Both the position numbers and the translations under genes were made by a program. Shown piece after piece: positions 8,332-17,976 of a DNA stretch of 64,000 nucleotides (the first letter of the stretch is position 1; each line of letters opens with the position of its first letter). The notes under the pieces were generated by a model. That model saw only the letters and a list, made by a program, of their open reading frames with translations. It was not told where the DNA came from and ran no database searches. The DNA is from Gemmatimonadales bacterium (lineage in GTDB: Bacteria; Gemmatimonadota; Gemmatimonadetes; Gemmatimonadales; GWC2-71-9), in contig JBBCJC010000005.1 of assembly GCA_037189525.1 (NCBI GenBank), positions 736,001 through 800,000 on the forward strand, written 5' to 3'.

Positions 8332-10698
8332 GTGAAATCGAGGCTTCCGTTCATTCTGTTGCTCGCCGCCGCCTGCGGCGCGCCCGCCGCCGATCCCGAT
8401 ACGATCGTGCCGGCGCCCACCCATGCCGACATCGCCGCGCGTCTGACCGCGCTGATCGAGCACGAAATGCGCGATAAGGCGATCCCCGCATTGTCGGTGG
8501 CACTCGTCGACGGCAACGAAACGGTGTGGGCCCGCGGCTTTGGCACCGCCGACGCCCCGAACAGCACCGCCGCCACGGCCAATACGGTCTACCGGATCGG
8601 TTCCGTCTCCAAGCTCTTCACCGACATCGGCGTAATGCGGCTGGTCGAACGCGGCGCGGTCGATCTCGACGCGCCGGTCGAGACCTACCTCCCCTCCTTC
8701 GAGCCGAAGAACCCGTTCGGAGGCGAGATCACCCTGCGCCACCTGATGTCCCATCGCGCTGGTCTGACGCGCGAGCCGCCGCGCGGCAACTACTTCGATC
8801 CGTCCGACAGCGTGCTGGCGAGCACGGTCGCGAGCCTCAACGCCACCACGCTGTTCTATCCGCCGGGCGCCCGGTCGAAATACTCGAACGCCGGCATCGC
8901 CGTCGTCGGCGCTGTGCTGGAGCAGGTCGAGCGGGAGCCGTTCGCCCGGTACCTCAAGCGCACGCTGCTCGTGCCCATGGGGCTCCGCTCGAGCGCGTTC
9001 GAGCCGGAGCCGGCGCTCCTGCCCCACCTCGCCACCGCCTGGATGTGGACGTACGACGAGCGCACCTTCCCGGCGCCGACCTTCCAGCTCGGTATGGCGC
9101 CGGCCGGCAGCATGTACTCCACCGTCCACGACCTCGCTCGCTTCGCACAGTTCCTCTTCGACCGGGGGCGGGGTCCCCGCGAGACGATCCTCGCACCTGC
9201 GACGCTCGAGAGCATGTGGGTACCGCAGTTCGTCCCCGCGGGCACCGCCGATGGATACGGTCTCGGCTTCGGTGTCGGACACCTGGATTCGGCTCTGGTC
9301 GTCTCGCATGGTGGCGCCATCTACGGGTTCGCGACGGAGTTCGCCGCGATGCCCGAGGAGCGTCTGGCCGTCGTGCTGATCGCCACTAAGGACGCGGTCA
9401 ACGCCGTGCTCACCCGAATCCGCGCCGCCGCGCTGGGCATGCTGCTCGACCGGAAACGACAGCAGCCGCTTCGCGGCATCGACACGACCCAGGTGCTCAC
9501 CAGGCAGGAGGCGCAGCGCTACACGGGTCGGTGGACCGGGCGCGACACCTGGTACGATCTCGCCTGGGAAGGCACCAAGCTCAACGCCCGCCGGAAGGAC
9601 GGCGAGATGCGGATGACGCTCAAGGCCCGGGGGCCCGATCAGCTGATCGTCGACGACGAGTTCGCCTTCGGTCCGACGGTGACGCTCGCCGGCACCCGTC
9701 TGGTCTTCGGCACCGACACGCTGACTCGCGCCCCGGACCCCGCGCTCCCGCCCGCGCCGCCTGCCGAGTGGACGGGGCTGATCGGCGAGTACGGCTGGGA
9801 CCACAACGTGCTCTTCATCGCCGAGCGCGCCGGCTCGCTCACCGCGCTGATCGAGTGGTTCACCGAATATCCGCTCACCCGAGTCGACGATTCGACCTGG
9901 CGATTCCCCGAATACGGCCTCTATCCGGGCGAGGATCTGGTCTTCCGGCGCGATGCGAACGGCCGCGCCCGTGAGGTGCGCGCCGCCAACGTCGTCTTCC
10001 AACGCCGTTCGGTTGGTCCGGAAGACGGCAGCGCTTTCAAGGTTGCCCTGACGAAGCCGATCGAGGAACTCAAGCGGGCGGCCCTCGCGGCAACCCCGCC
10101 CGCCGAGACCGGCACCTTCCGCGAGACGGACCTGGTCGAGGTGACGACCCTCGATCCAACCATCCGGCTCGACGTGCGCTACGCGGATACCACCAATTTC
10201 GTGTCCACCCGCTTCTACGACCGGCCGCAGGTCTTTCTCCAGCGCCCGGCCGCCGAAGCCGTGGTCCGCGCACACCGCAAGCTGCAAAGGCTCGGCTACG
10301 GCCTGCTGTTGCACGACGGCTATCGGCCGTGGTGGGTCACCAAGATCTTCTGGGACGGAACGGCCGACGAGCACCACACCTTCGTGGCCGATCCGTCGCA
10401 AGGCTCCCGTCACAACCGCGGCGCCGCGATCGATCTCTCGATGGTCGAACTCGCCACCGGGAAGCCCATCGTCACGACGGGCTCCTACGACGAGTTCTCG
10501 ACGCGGTCCTATCCATATTATCCGGGCGGCACGTCACGGCAGCGCTGGTATCGCGATCTGCTCCGACATGTGATGGAGTCCGAGCGGTTCACCGTCTACG
10601 AGGCCGAGTGGTGGCACTTCGATTTCGACGACTGGCGGGAATATCGGATCGGCAACGCGACGTTCGAGGAGCTCACGGCGGCGTCGACGCGCCGGTAA
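8332..10698 (+). CDS. Lipoprotein fusion: SxxK serine hydrolase + C-terminal D-Ala-D-Ala dipeptidase (VanX/DdpX, peptidase M15D)
   Basis: GTG start, lipobox LLAAA|C; SVSK, YSN, HGG; C-terminal DGYRP, SRHNRGAAIDL and EWWHF zinc motifs. Confidence 0.9.
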   Translation: MKSRLPFILLLAAACGAPAADPDTIVPAPTHADIAARLTALIEHEMRDKAIPALSVALVDGNETVWARGFGTADAPNSTAATANTVYRIGSVSKLFTDIGVMRLVERGAVDLDAPVETYLPSFEPKNPFGGEITLRHLMSHRAGLTREPPRGNYFDPSDSVLASTVASLNATTLFYPPGARSKYSNAGIAVVGAVLEQVEREPFARYLKRTLLVPMGLRSSAFEPEPALLPHLATAWMWTYDERTFPAPTFQLGMAPAGSMYSTVHDLARFAQFLFDRGRGPRETILAPATLESMWVPQFVPAGTADGYGLGFGVGHLDSALVVSHGGAIYGFATEFAAMPEERLAVVLIATKDAVNAVLTRIRAAALGMLLDRKRQQPLRGIDTTQVLTRQEAQRYTGRWTGRDTWYDLAWEGTKLNARRKDGEMRMTLKARGPDQLIVDDEFAFGPTVTLAGTRLVFGTDTLTRAPDPALPPAPPAEWTGLIGEYGWDHNVLFIAERAGSLTALIEWFTEYPLTRVDDSTWRFPEYGLYPGEDLVFRRDANGRAREVRAANVVFQRRSVGPEDGSAFKVALTKPIEELKRAALAATPPAETGTFRETDLVEVTTLDPTIRLDVRYADTTNFVSTRFYDRPQVFLQRPAAEAVVRAHRKLQRLGYGLLLHDGYRPWWVTKIFWDGTADEHHTFVADPSQGSRHNRGAAIDLSMVELATGKPIVTTGSYDEFSTRSYPYYPGGTSRQRWYRDLLRHVMESERFTVYEAEWWHFDFDDWREYRIGNATFEELTAASTRR

Positions 10699-12628
10699 GG
10701 CGCTCGACTTCAAGCGACGCCCGCTCCCACTCGGCCATGCCCTCCGCCAGCGTTCGCTTGGCCTGCTCGAGCGCGCGCGACAGCTCGCCGGCGCGCCGGG
10801 CGCCGTCGCCCGACTGATAGAGCGACCCATCATCGAGTGCCGCGCTCAAGGACGCCACCTCCTGCTCGGCACGCTGCACCGCAGACTCCGCCGCCTCCAG
10901 CGCACGGCGGGCGGCGGTTAACGGCTTGGGGCCGCCGGTCGAGGTGTCCTTGGCCTTGGTCCGGACCTGCTTCGCATCCCGCTCGGCGGCCGCGCGGGCC
11001 GCATCCGCTTGCGCAGCTGCCGTACGGTCGGCCTGCCAGTCCTCCCATTCGCCATACGAGCCCGGATAGTCATCGATCCGGCCGTCCGCCAGCGCCCAGG
11101 TCCGCGTCGTCAGGCTCCGCAGCAAAGCGCGGTCGTGGCTGACCAGCAGGATGGTGCCCTCGAACGCCGAGATGGCGTCCTCCAGAGATTCGATGGTTTC
11201 AACGTCGAGGTGGTTGGTGGGCTCGTCGAAGATCAGGAAGTTCGCCCCGGACAGCATCAGCCGGCCGAGCGAAAGCCGCGCGGTCTCCCCTCCTGACAAA
11301 CTCTCGGCCCGGCGCCGGCCGGTGTCGCCGGTAAAGCCGATCCGGCCCAGGTGGTCGTGTACCTGTCCCCGCGTCCACTTGGGCCGCAAATCGTGGACGA
11401 TGTCGAAGAGCGTTTTACCGGGCGGTACGTCGCCCAGATCCTGGCGATAGTATTCGACCTCGATCGAGTCGCCGATGCGCGCCGAGCCGTGGGCCGCCTC
11501 CCGCTCACCAAGCATGGTCCTGAGCAGCGTGGTCTTGCCGGCGCCGTTCGGACCAACCAGGCCAACTACGTCACCGCGCCGGATGGTCCCGCTGAAATCC
11601 TCGAGCAGGGTTCGCCCGGCCAGCTCGATGCCGAGGCTGTCGACCACCAGCACCTGATCGCCGCCGCGACTGCGCGCGTCGAAGCGGATGGCCATCGTGG
11701 CCAGATCGGCCGGCGGCGCCGACAACCGCGGCAATCGATCGAGCCGCCGCCGCCGCCCGACGGCCTGCGAAGAATTCTGCCCGGCCAGATTCCGCCGGAT
11801 GTAGTCCTCTTCCCGCGCAATGGCTTTGGACTGTTTGTCGAACGCCCGCTGTTGCGACAGCCGCCGGAACGCCCGCTGCTCACCGAACTCGGTGTAGCCG
11901 CAGTTATAGACGACGCCGGTGCGATCTTCGAGATGGAGGATGTGATCGGTCACCGCCGCCAGAAAGGCGCGATCGTGGCTGATCACCAGCGCACTGGCAT
12001 CCGACTCGCGCAAGTGGCCTTCGAGCCACTTGATGCCGGCAATGTCGAGATGGTTGGTCGGTTCGTCGAGCAGGAGGAGATCAGCGTCAGCTGCCAGCTG
12101 CGCAGCGAGACCGATCCGGCCGCGTTCCCCGCCGGAGAGCGTGGCCACCAGTTGGGTCCGCGCCCGAACGTGGTCGAAGCCCAGACCGTCGAGGATGGCG
12201 TCGACCCGAGCCGTGACGGTATAACCGCCTTCGTGCTCGAACCGTTCCAGGTTCCGGGCATAGCGCGCCATCAGGCGCTCGGCCTCGTCACCCGTCGCCG
12301 TGGCTAGCGCTTCGGCGTCGTCGGCAATGGTCGTCTCGAGCCGCCGCAATTCCCGGTAGGCACCGGCGGCGGCTTCCCAGACCGTTTCGCCCTCTTCGAA
12401 GGTTCGATGCTGATCGAGCACCGCCACCTTGAGGCCCGATGCGCGCGCGACCGAACCGGCCGCGGGCACCAGTTCACCGGTGATCACTTCGAAGAGCGAC
12501 GTCTTTCCGATTCCGTTCCGGCCGATTACGCCCCAGCACTCGCCGCGACCGACCATGAACGTGACATCTTCGAGGATCGTGGTGTCGGCGAACCGAACCG
12601 CGATCCCCCCCAGCGACAACAAGGTCAC
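10673..12628 (-). CDS. ABC-F family ATP-binding protein (Uup/YheS-like)
   Basis: Two ABC domains (GRNGIGKT, GPNGAGKT, LSGGE x2, DEPTNHLD x2), no TM segments, C-terminal coiled coil. Confidence 0.92.
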   Translation of the reverse strand: MTLLSLGGIAVRFADTTILEDVTFMVGRGECWGVIGRNGIGKTSLFEVITGELVPAAGSVARASGLKVAVLDQHRTFEEGETVWEAAAGAYRELRRLETTIADDAEALATATGDEAERLMARYARNLERFEHEGGYTVTARVDAILDGLGFDHVRARTQLVATLSGGERGRIGLAAQLAADADLLLLDEPTNHLDIAGIKWLEGHLRESDASALVISHDRAFLAAVTDHILHLEDRTGVVYNCGYTEFGEQRAFRRLSQQRAFDKQSKAIAREEDYIRRNLAGQNSSQAVGRRRRLDRLPRLSAPPADLATMAIRFDARSRGGDQVLVVDSLGIELAGRTLLEDFSGTIRRGDVVGLVGPNGAGKTTLLRTMLGEREAAHGSARIGDSIEVEYYRQDLGDVPPGKTLFDIVHDLRPKWTRGQVHDHLGRIGFTGDTGRRRAESLSGGETARLSLGRLMLSGANFLIFDEPTNHLDVETIESLEDAISAFEGTILLVSHDRALLRSLTTRTWALADGRIDDYPGSYGEWEDWQADRTAAAQADAARAAAERDAKQVRTKAKDTSTGGPKPLTAARRALEAAESAVQRAEQEVASLSAALDDGSLYQSGDGARRAGELSRALEQAKRTLAEGMAEWERASLEVERLTGASTPP

Positions 12629-13722
12629 ACGGCCGCCAGTCGTCCTCGGGCCGCAATGGGCCAGACCGTCTCGACCGTGTCACCCCGGACACCGTGAATC
12701 ACATCGTTCAAATGAGTCACGATGCAGACATGGTTCGGGATGATCCGGACCTGGTCGCCGACTTTGGGACGCCAGGTGGAGTTGCTGAGGTCGAGGATGC
12801 CATGTTCCTCTGACATCCCCTTGACCGTCACTTCCGGATGCCCGACCACTTCACCGAACCCGGTGGCGGTCCCGATCCGGAGCGGCTCCCGGCCTAACGC
12901 TTTGGTGCCCGCGTCAACCACGGCCTGTCCCGGCACGGCCGTGCTGACTACGGTGGCCAGCACCGTGAGCGCGCAGTCGGCCGGGGTAGCGAGGCCAATC
13001 CCCATGATCTCACGATCGTTATAGACGTAGGTGCCGGGACGGATCTCGGTCAGGCCCGGAATCTCGTGACCCCGGAAGGCCGTCGGCGTAGACCCGCCGC
13101 TCACGATCCCGGGTACGATGCCCGCAGCCTTGAACGCGTCGAGCCACGTCGTGATGTCCACTTTGAGCTGGTCGATCAACGCCTGCTGCGCATCGACTTC
13201 CTGCCGGATGTGACCGGGATAGAAGTTGACGCCGGCAAACTCGAGCGGCGGCAGGCTCTGCACCAGCTTGGCGAGCCGGATCGCTTCCTCGACAGTCTGC
13301 ACCCCGACCCGGTGCATCCCGAGATCGCACTCGATCAGCACCCGGACCGGCCGGCCGGCCGCCTTGGCCGCCGCGCCCAGAGCCTCGATGGCCTCGGCCG
13401 AGTCGAGCGCCACCATCAGACGGACATGCGAGGGCAAGGCCAGGAGGCGGGCCAACCGGGCCGCCCCGACCGGCGGATAGGCCACCAGAATGTCGTCCGA
13501 CACCTCGGCCATGACCTCGGCTTCCTTGGTGGTGGCGCATGTCAGACCGAGCGCGCCCCGGGAGACCTGGCCGCGCGCGACGGAGACGGACTTGTGCGTC
13601 TTGACGTGCGGCCGGAGCCCCAGGTCGTGCTGCTTCACATAATCGGCAACCCGATCGAGGTTGCGCTCGAGGACGTCGAGGTCCACGATCGGGGCGGGCG
13701 TTTCGATATCGGCGATCTTCAT
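12625..13722 (-). CDS. Fold-type III PLP enzyme, D-threonine aldolase / D-serine dehydratase (DSD1) family
   Basis: TPAPIVDLD, RPHVKTHKS (PLP Lys), GGSTPT, EIRPGTY, SEEHG, PNHVC metal motif. Confidence 0.88.
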   Translation of the reverse strand: MKIADIETPAPIVDLDVLERNLDRVADYVKQHDLGLRPHVKTHKSVSVARGQVSRGALGLTCATTKEAEVMAEVSDDILVAYPPVGAARLARLLALPSHVRLMVALDSAEAIEALGAAAKAAGRPVRVLIECDLGMHRVGVQTVEEAIRLAKLVQSLPPLEFAGVNFYPGHIRQEVDAQQALIDQLKVDITTWLDAFKAAGIVPGIVSGGSTPTAFRGHEIPGLTEIRPGTYVYNDREIMGIGLATPADCALTVLATVVSTAVPGQAVVDAGTKALGREPLRIGTATGFGEVVGHPEVTVKGMSEEHGILDLSNSTWRPKVGDQVRIIPNHVCIVTHLNDVIHGVRGDTVETVWPIAARGRLAAV

Positions 13723-13812
13723 GGTATCTCGGATGAGTTTTCGGACTGCCTGAACGGTTTCATATCACGCGATCGGGCGGTAATCTACAGCGATTTCTCC
13801 GGCCAGGCATTC

Positions 13813-15495
13813 GTGACGCATTTCGGTATCGCGCTCTTCGCCGTTCTCCAGACGGCCACCCCTGCACCAATCGTGATGCAGTACGACGTCCGTGTCCCGA
13901 TGCGGGACGGCGTGACCCTCTCTGCCGACGTCTACCGCCCCAATACGACCGAGAGGGTGCCCATCATTCTCCTCCGCACCCCGTACGACAACGGCGTCGC
14001 CAGCCACGTGGCCGCCGGGAAGCTGTGGGCTTCCCGCGGGTACGCCTACGTGGTCCAGGACGTCCGCGGCCGGGGCGACTCGGACGGCACTTTCTACCCG
14101 ATGGTGACCGAGGCCGCCGACGGCTACGACACCATCGAGTGGCTGGCACGGCAACCGTGGGCCAACGGCAAGGTGGGGATGATGGGCGGGTCGTACCTGG
14201 GCTGGGTCCAGTTGTACGCGGCGGCCCTCAAGCCGCCATCACTCAAAGCGCTGATCCCGAGCGTCACGCCCCCGGACCCCGACCGCAACTTCCCGAATCA
14301 GTTCGGGACCATCGGACCGATGACACTCTCCTGGCTGGCCGCCCTCTCAGGCCGGACCATGCAGGACATCTCGCGTCACGATCTCCGCGGCGCCTACTCG
14401 CACCTGCCGCTCTACCAGGCCGATCAGGCGCTGGGCCGCACCATCCCGGCCTGGCGTGAATGGTTCGACCAGTCGGTACGCAACGACTACTGGGAGCAGC
14501 AGGCCTACCAGCAGGCGCTGGTCGGCACTACGATCCCGATGCTGCATATCAGCGGCTGGTACGACGACGTCCTGGTCGGCACGACCGAGAATTTCGTCAA
14601 TCTCCGCAACAGCCCTCATCAGTTCCTGATGCTCGGTCCCTGGGGCCACCGGATCAATCAGGGCCGCAAGCTGGGCGAGATCGACTTCGGCCCCGATGCC
14701 GTGATCAACCTGGACAGCCTCAACCTTCGCTGGTTCGACTACTGGCTCAAGGGAACGGCAAACGGAGCAGAGCGCGACCCCGCGGTCCGGATCTTCGTGA
14801 TGGGAGAAAATCGCTGGCGGACCGAGCGCGAATGGCCGCTCGCGCGCACCCACTACCTGCGCTTCTATCTCCACAGCAACGGCAAAGCCAATTCGCGATT
14901 CGGCGACGGGGTTCTCGATACGCTGCCGCCGGGCAACCAGCCGCCCGATCGCTACCGCGCCGATCCGATGGACGCCGTACCGTTCCTCACCGATGACGCC
15001 TTTTCTCAGGTGGGCGGCCCGGACGACTACCGGACCGTCGAGGAGCGGAAGGACCTGCTCGTCTATACGTCGGCCCCGCTCACCGCGCCGATGGAGGTAT
15101 GCGGACCGCTCCAGGTCAAACTGTTCGCGGCCAGCTCGGCCAAAGACACCGATTGGATGACCAAGGTGGTTGCCGTGCGACCCGATGGATTCGCCCTGCG
15201 GCTCAACGACGGGGTGGTGCGCGCTCGCTATCGGTTCGGCTTCGATCGTTCGGTGCTGCTGGAGCCCGGAAAGGTCGAGGAGTACACCGTCGACAACTGG
15301 TCGACCTGCATTCGGCTCGAGACCGGTTGGCGGCTCCGCCTCGAGGTCGCGTCACATGCGTTTCCGAAGTTCGATCGGAACATGCAGACCGGCGGCCCGA
15401 TCGGCAAAGACAGCAGCGGCGTAGTGGCCGACCAGACGGTCTATCACGACCGCGGCCGGCCATCGCATCTCATTCTTCCCGTCATCCCACGGTGA
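13813..15495 (+). CDS. CocE/NonD-family hydrolase (peptidase S15 / alpha-amino-acid ester hydrolase-like)
   Basis: VPMRDGVTLSADVYRP, RTPY, QDVRGRGDSDG, GGSYLG nucleophile, GWYD, GPWGH; GTG start chosen by eye. Confidence 0.9.
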   Translation: MTHFGIALFAVLQTATPAPIVMQYDVRVPMRDGVTLSADVYRPNTTERVPIILLRTPYDNGVASHVAAGKLWASRGYAYVVQDVRGRGDSDGTFYPMVTEAADGYDTIEWLARQPWANGKVGMMGGSYLGWVQLYAAALKPPSLKALIPSVTPPDPDRNFPNQFGTIGPMTLSWLAALSGRTMQDISRHDLRGAYSHLPLYQADQALGRTIPAWREWFDQSVRNDYWEQQAYQQALVGTTIPMLHISGWYDDVLVGTTENFVNLRNSPHQFLMLGPWGHRINQGRKLGEIDFGPDAVINLDSLNLRWFDYWLKGTANGAERDPAVRIFVMGENRWRTEREWPLARTHYLRFYLHSNGKANSRFGDGVLDTLPPGNQPPDRYRADPMDAVPFLTDDAFSQVGGPDDYRTVEERKDLLVYTSAPLTAPMEVCGPLQVKLFAASSAKDTDWMTKVVAVRPDGFALRLNDGVVRARYRFGFDRSVLLEPGKVEEYTVDNWSTCIRLETGWRLRLEVASHAFPKFDRNMQTGGPIGKDSSGVVADQTVYHDRGRPSHLILPVIPR

Positions 15496-15507
15496 TGACG
15501 GGCCGGC

Positions 15508-17847
15508 CTAAAAGGGATACTCGGGCTTGGTAGTGATTTCGTAACCCGCCGGCGGCGTTGCGCCCATCAGGTGCTGGACGAAATAGTCCCAGCGCCGCCG
15601 CCGGAAGTACGGGTTGACCGACATGGCATGCGACCCGTTCGGCACGATGAGCAGATCGTAATCCTTGTTGGCTTTGGTCAGCGCGTCGATCACCTGCACG
15701 GTGAGCGCCGGCGAGACGTTATCGTCCATATCCGCAAACGCCAGCATCAATTTGCCCTTCAGATTCCTGGCAATCGAGGGATTGGCCTGCGCCGCGTAGT
15801 TGTCGCCGTTAGGCATGCCCTGATAGGTCTCTCCCCAGAGCGAGAGATAGCCGCGCTGATCGTGATTCCCCGCCGACGACACGGCCACCTTGTAGAAATC
15901 GGGATAGAGGAACATCGCGCGCGCCGAGGCAAACCCGCCGCCCGAGTGTCCGTAGATACCGACGCGATCGAGATCGAGATACCGGCGGGTCCGGCCGATC
16001 TGCCGGAACGCCTCGATGTGATCTTCGAGCGACCCCGCCGTCTCGAAGCGCCCATACGAGACATCGTGAAATGCTTTGGAGCGAAACGGCGTTCCGCGCC
16101 CATCGACGATCACGCCCACGAAGCCGAGGGTCACGATGGCCCGCAGATCGCCACCCGCCGTGAACGCACGAGGCACCAGCGTGATCTGCGGTCCCGGATA
16201 ATTCTCCTCCAGCACCGGATACCGGCGGGTCGAGTCGAATCCTGGGGGCGTGATGATGATGCCATACAGGTCGGTGACCCCATCGGCCGCTTTCACCGTG
16301 AACCGCTCCGGATAGCGCCACCCGGTCGCCAGCAGCGCCGAGATGTCGGCGGTTTCGAGCGGCATCACAACCTTGCCGTCCATCGATCGAAGTACGGTCC
16401 GGGGCCCGAGATCCACGCGGCTCACCCGATCCACCGCCCACTGTCCATTCGGACTCACCGTAATCTCGTGCTCGGCGTCTTCCGGCGTGAGCAGAGTGAG
16501 ACCCGTTCCATCGAGTCCCACCGAATACAGGTGACGATAGTACGGATCGCGTCCGGGCTCCTTCCCACCGGCCGTAAACCAGATTCGCCGCGCCTTCTCG
16601 TCGAGATGCACGATGTCCCGAACTACATACTGCCCGTCGGTGATCCGATTCTTCACCTGGCCGGTGACGCCGTCCAACAGATACAGTTGCGCCCATCCGT
16701 CGCGCTGGGAAAACCATACCAACTCCCGGCCGCCCGCCAGGACCCGGATGTTCGGACCGGTACCGAGCATCAGCGTCGCCTCGACCATGGTCGAGCCACG
16801 CTCTTCCGCCATCGACCTGACCTGTCCGGATCGCGCGTCCGCCTGCATCAGCCGAAACGACTTCGCAGCCCGCTCGCGGTTCAGGTAGTAGGCCGTAACC
16901 GAGTCGCCCCACCATGCCTCCCGGAATGCGATGGGCGAATTGAACGCCATGCCGAACTGCCCACCGAGCGGTGTGGTTTGACCGGAGGCTGCGTCGATCA
17001 CCAGCCACTGCGCTTGCGAGAGCGAATCACCGGGAAAGGGAAAGACGAACGACCAGAGTTTGGGCCTGAGTCCCTCCGCAGGTACCGACTGGATCAGATG
17101 GGACTCCGCCATTCCGCGCTCATCCAGCCGGTGAGTCAGGATTCGGCGTGAATCGGGAGACCACAACGCCATCGGAGGCCGGGGGAGCCCGCCGCGCTGG
17201 GCCGTCGCCCAACTCGTGTTCGACTCCGGATGCTGGGCATACTCGTGACGATGGACCCCGTCGCGGGTCAGCTGGCGTTCGGCCCCGTTGGCCGTTTCAC
17301 GCAGCCAGAGATTGTAGTCTCGGCGGAAGAGCCCCCACTTGCCATCCGGTGAGAGCAGTTCATTCGGCAGCCGCGGCGCCGGCGACTCCTCCGGGTCGCA
17401 CTGATAACGGTCGAGCCCGCAGCGATAAGTTTTCTGGCCGACGGTAATGACGATCGAGCGCGTCTTGCCCTTCCCCTCCCACGTCAATGTCTCGAACGGG
17501 AGCGAGTCCGCCGTCACCGATCGCGCTAGAACCCGGGTGAGTTCGGCGGCGAGGCGGACATGATCGAACGCGGGACGCCGGGTCCGCCGGGCGGGATCGA
17601 CCAGAATGAACTCGGCGCCGGCCGGGGTCCGAACCCGATACCAGAGCTGAGCGCCCTCATCGATCCACTGCGGTACGATCTTGTCACGGAAAACCAGTTT
17701 GTCGGCGTTGACGGACAGCATCCGCTCGGCGGCGGCATACTGTGCCGCGGTAATCTGCGGTGGCGCGCCCTGGGCGATCCCGGCGCCAGCGCGACCTGCC
17801 ACCCCGAGTCCTGCCAGCACCAGCCACGTCAACGTTCGCCTGGCCAC
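15508..17847 (-). CDS. Secreted S9-family (DPP IV-like) peptidase
   Basis: AAGGAGG RBS before GTG 17847; signal peptide; propeller repeats (SPDG, WSPDS); YPGPQ, GHSGGG, DDNV, GSH catalytic motifs. Confidence 0.9.
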   Translation of the reverse strand: MARRTLTWLVLAGLGVAGRAGAGIAQGAPPQITAAQYAAAERMLSVNADKLVFRDKIVPQWIDEGAQLWYRVRTPAGAEFILVDPARRTRRPAFDHVRLAAELTRVLARSVTADSLPFETLTWEGKGKTRSIVITVGQKTYRCGLDRYQCDPEESPAPRLPNELLSPDGKWGLFRRDYNLWLRETANGAERQLTRDGVHRHEYAQHPESNTSWATAQRGGLPRPPMALWSPDSRRILTHRLDERGMAESHLIQSVPAEGLRPKLWSFVFPFPGDSLSQAQWLVIDAASGQTTPLGGQFGMAFNSPIAFREAWWGDSVTAYYLNRERAAKSFRLMQADARSGQVRSMAEERGSTMVEATLMLGTGPNIRVLAGGRELVWFSQRDGWAQLYLLDGVTGQVKNRITDGQYVVRDIVHLDEKARRIWFTAGGKEPGRDPYYRHLYSVGLDGTGLTLLTPEDAEHEITVSPNGQWAVDRVSRVDLGPRTVLRSMDGKVVMPLETADISALLATGWRYPERFTVKAADGVTDLYGIIITPPGFDSTRRYPVLEENYPGPQITLVPRAFTAGGDLRAIVTLGFVGVIVDGRGTPFRSKAFHDVSYGRFETAGSLEDHIEAFRQIGRTRRYLDLDRVGIYGHSGGGFASARAMFLYPDFYKVAVSSAGNHDQRGYLSLWGETYQGMPNGDNYAAQANPSIARNLKGKLMLAFADMDDNVSPALTVQVIDALTKANKDYDLLIVPNGSHAMSVNPYFRRRRWDYFVQHLMGATPPAGYEITTKPEYPF

Positions 17848-17883
17848 ACCCGCCTCCTTGGTCGAGATCCACTCGCGGCAACC

Positions 17884-17911
17884 TTGCACCGCATACAATA
17901 ACGGATACAAT
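17884..17911 (+). promoter_or_regulatory. Sigma70-type promoter overlapped by tandem candidate GntR operator
   Basis: TTGCAC-16 nt-TACAAT; spacer and -10 carry CGCATACAA-TAA-CGGATACAA (17890-17910); lies between divergent S9 and class A-like genes. Confidence 0.6.
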
Positions 17912-17976
17912 TTGAGCCTGCACCGGGCGCTCTGATCGGCGACCGACCACCTTCCCACTCTCTCCCGGGGCCTTCC

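Noticed and set aside
13066..13812. N-terminal extension of the CocE ORF (809 aa)
   Set aside because: Antisense shadow of the PLP enzyme gene
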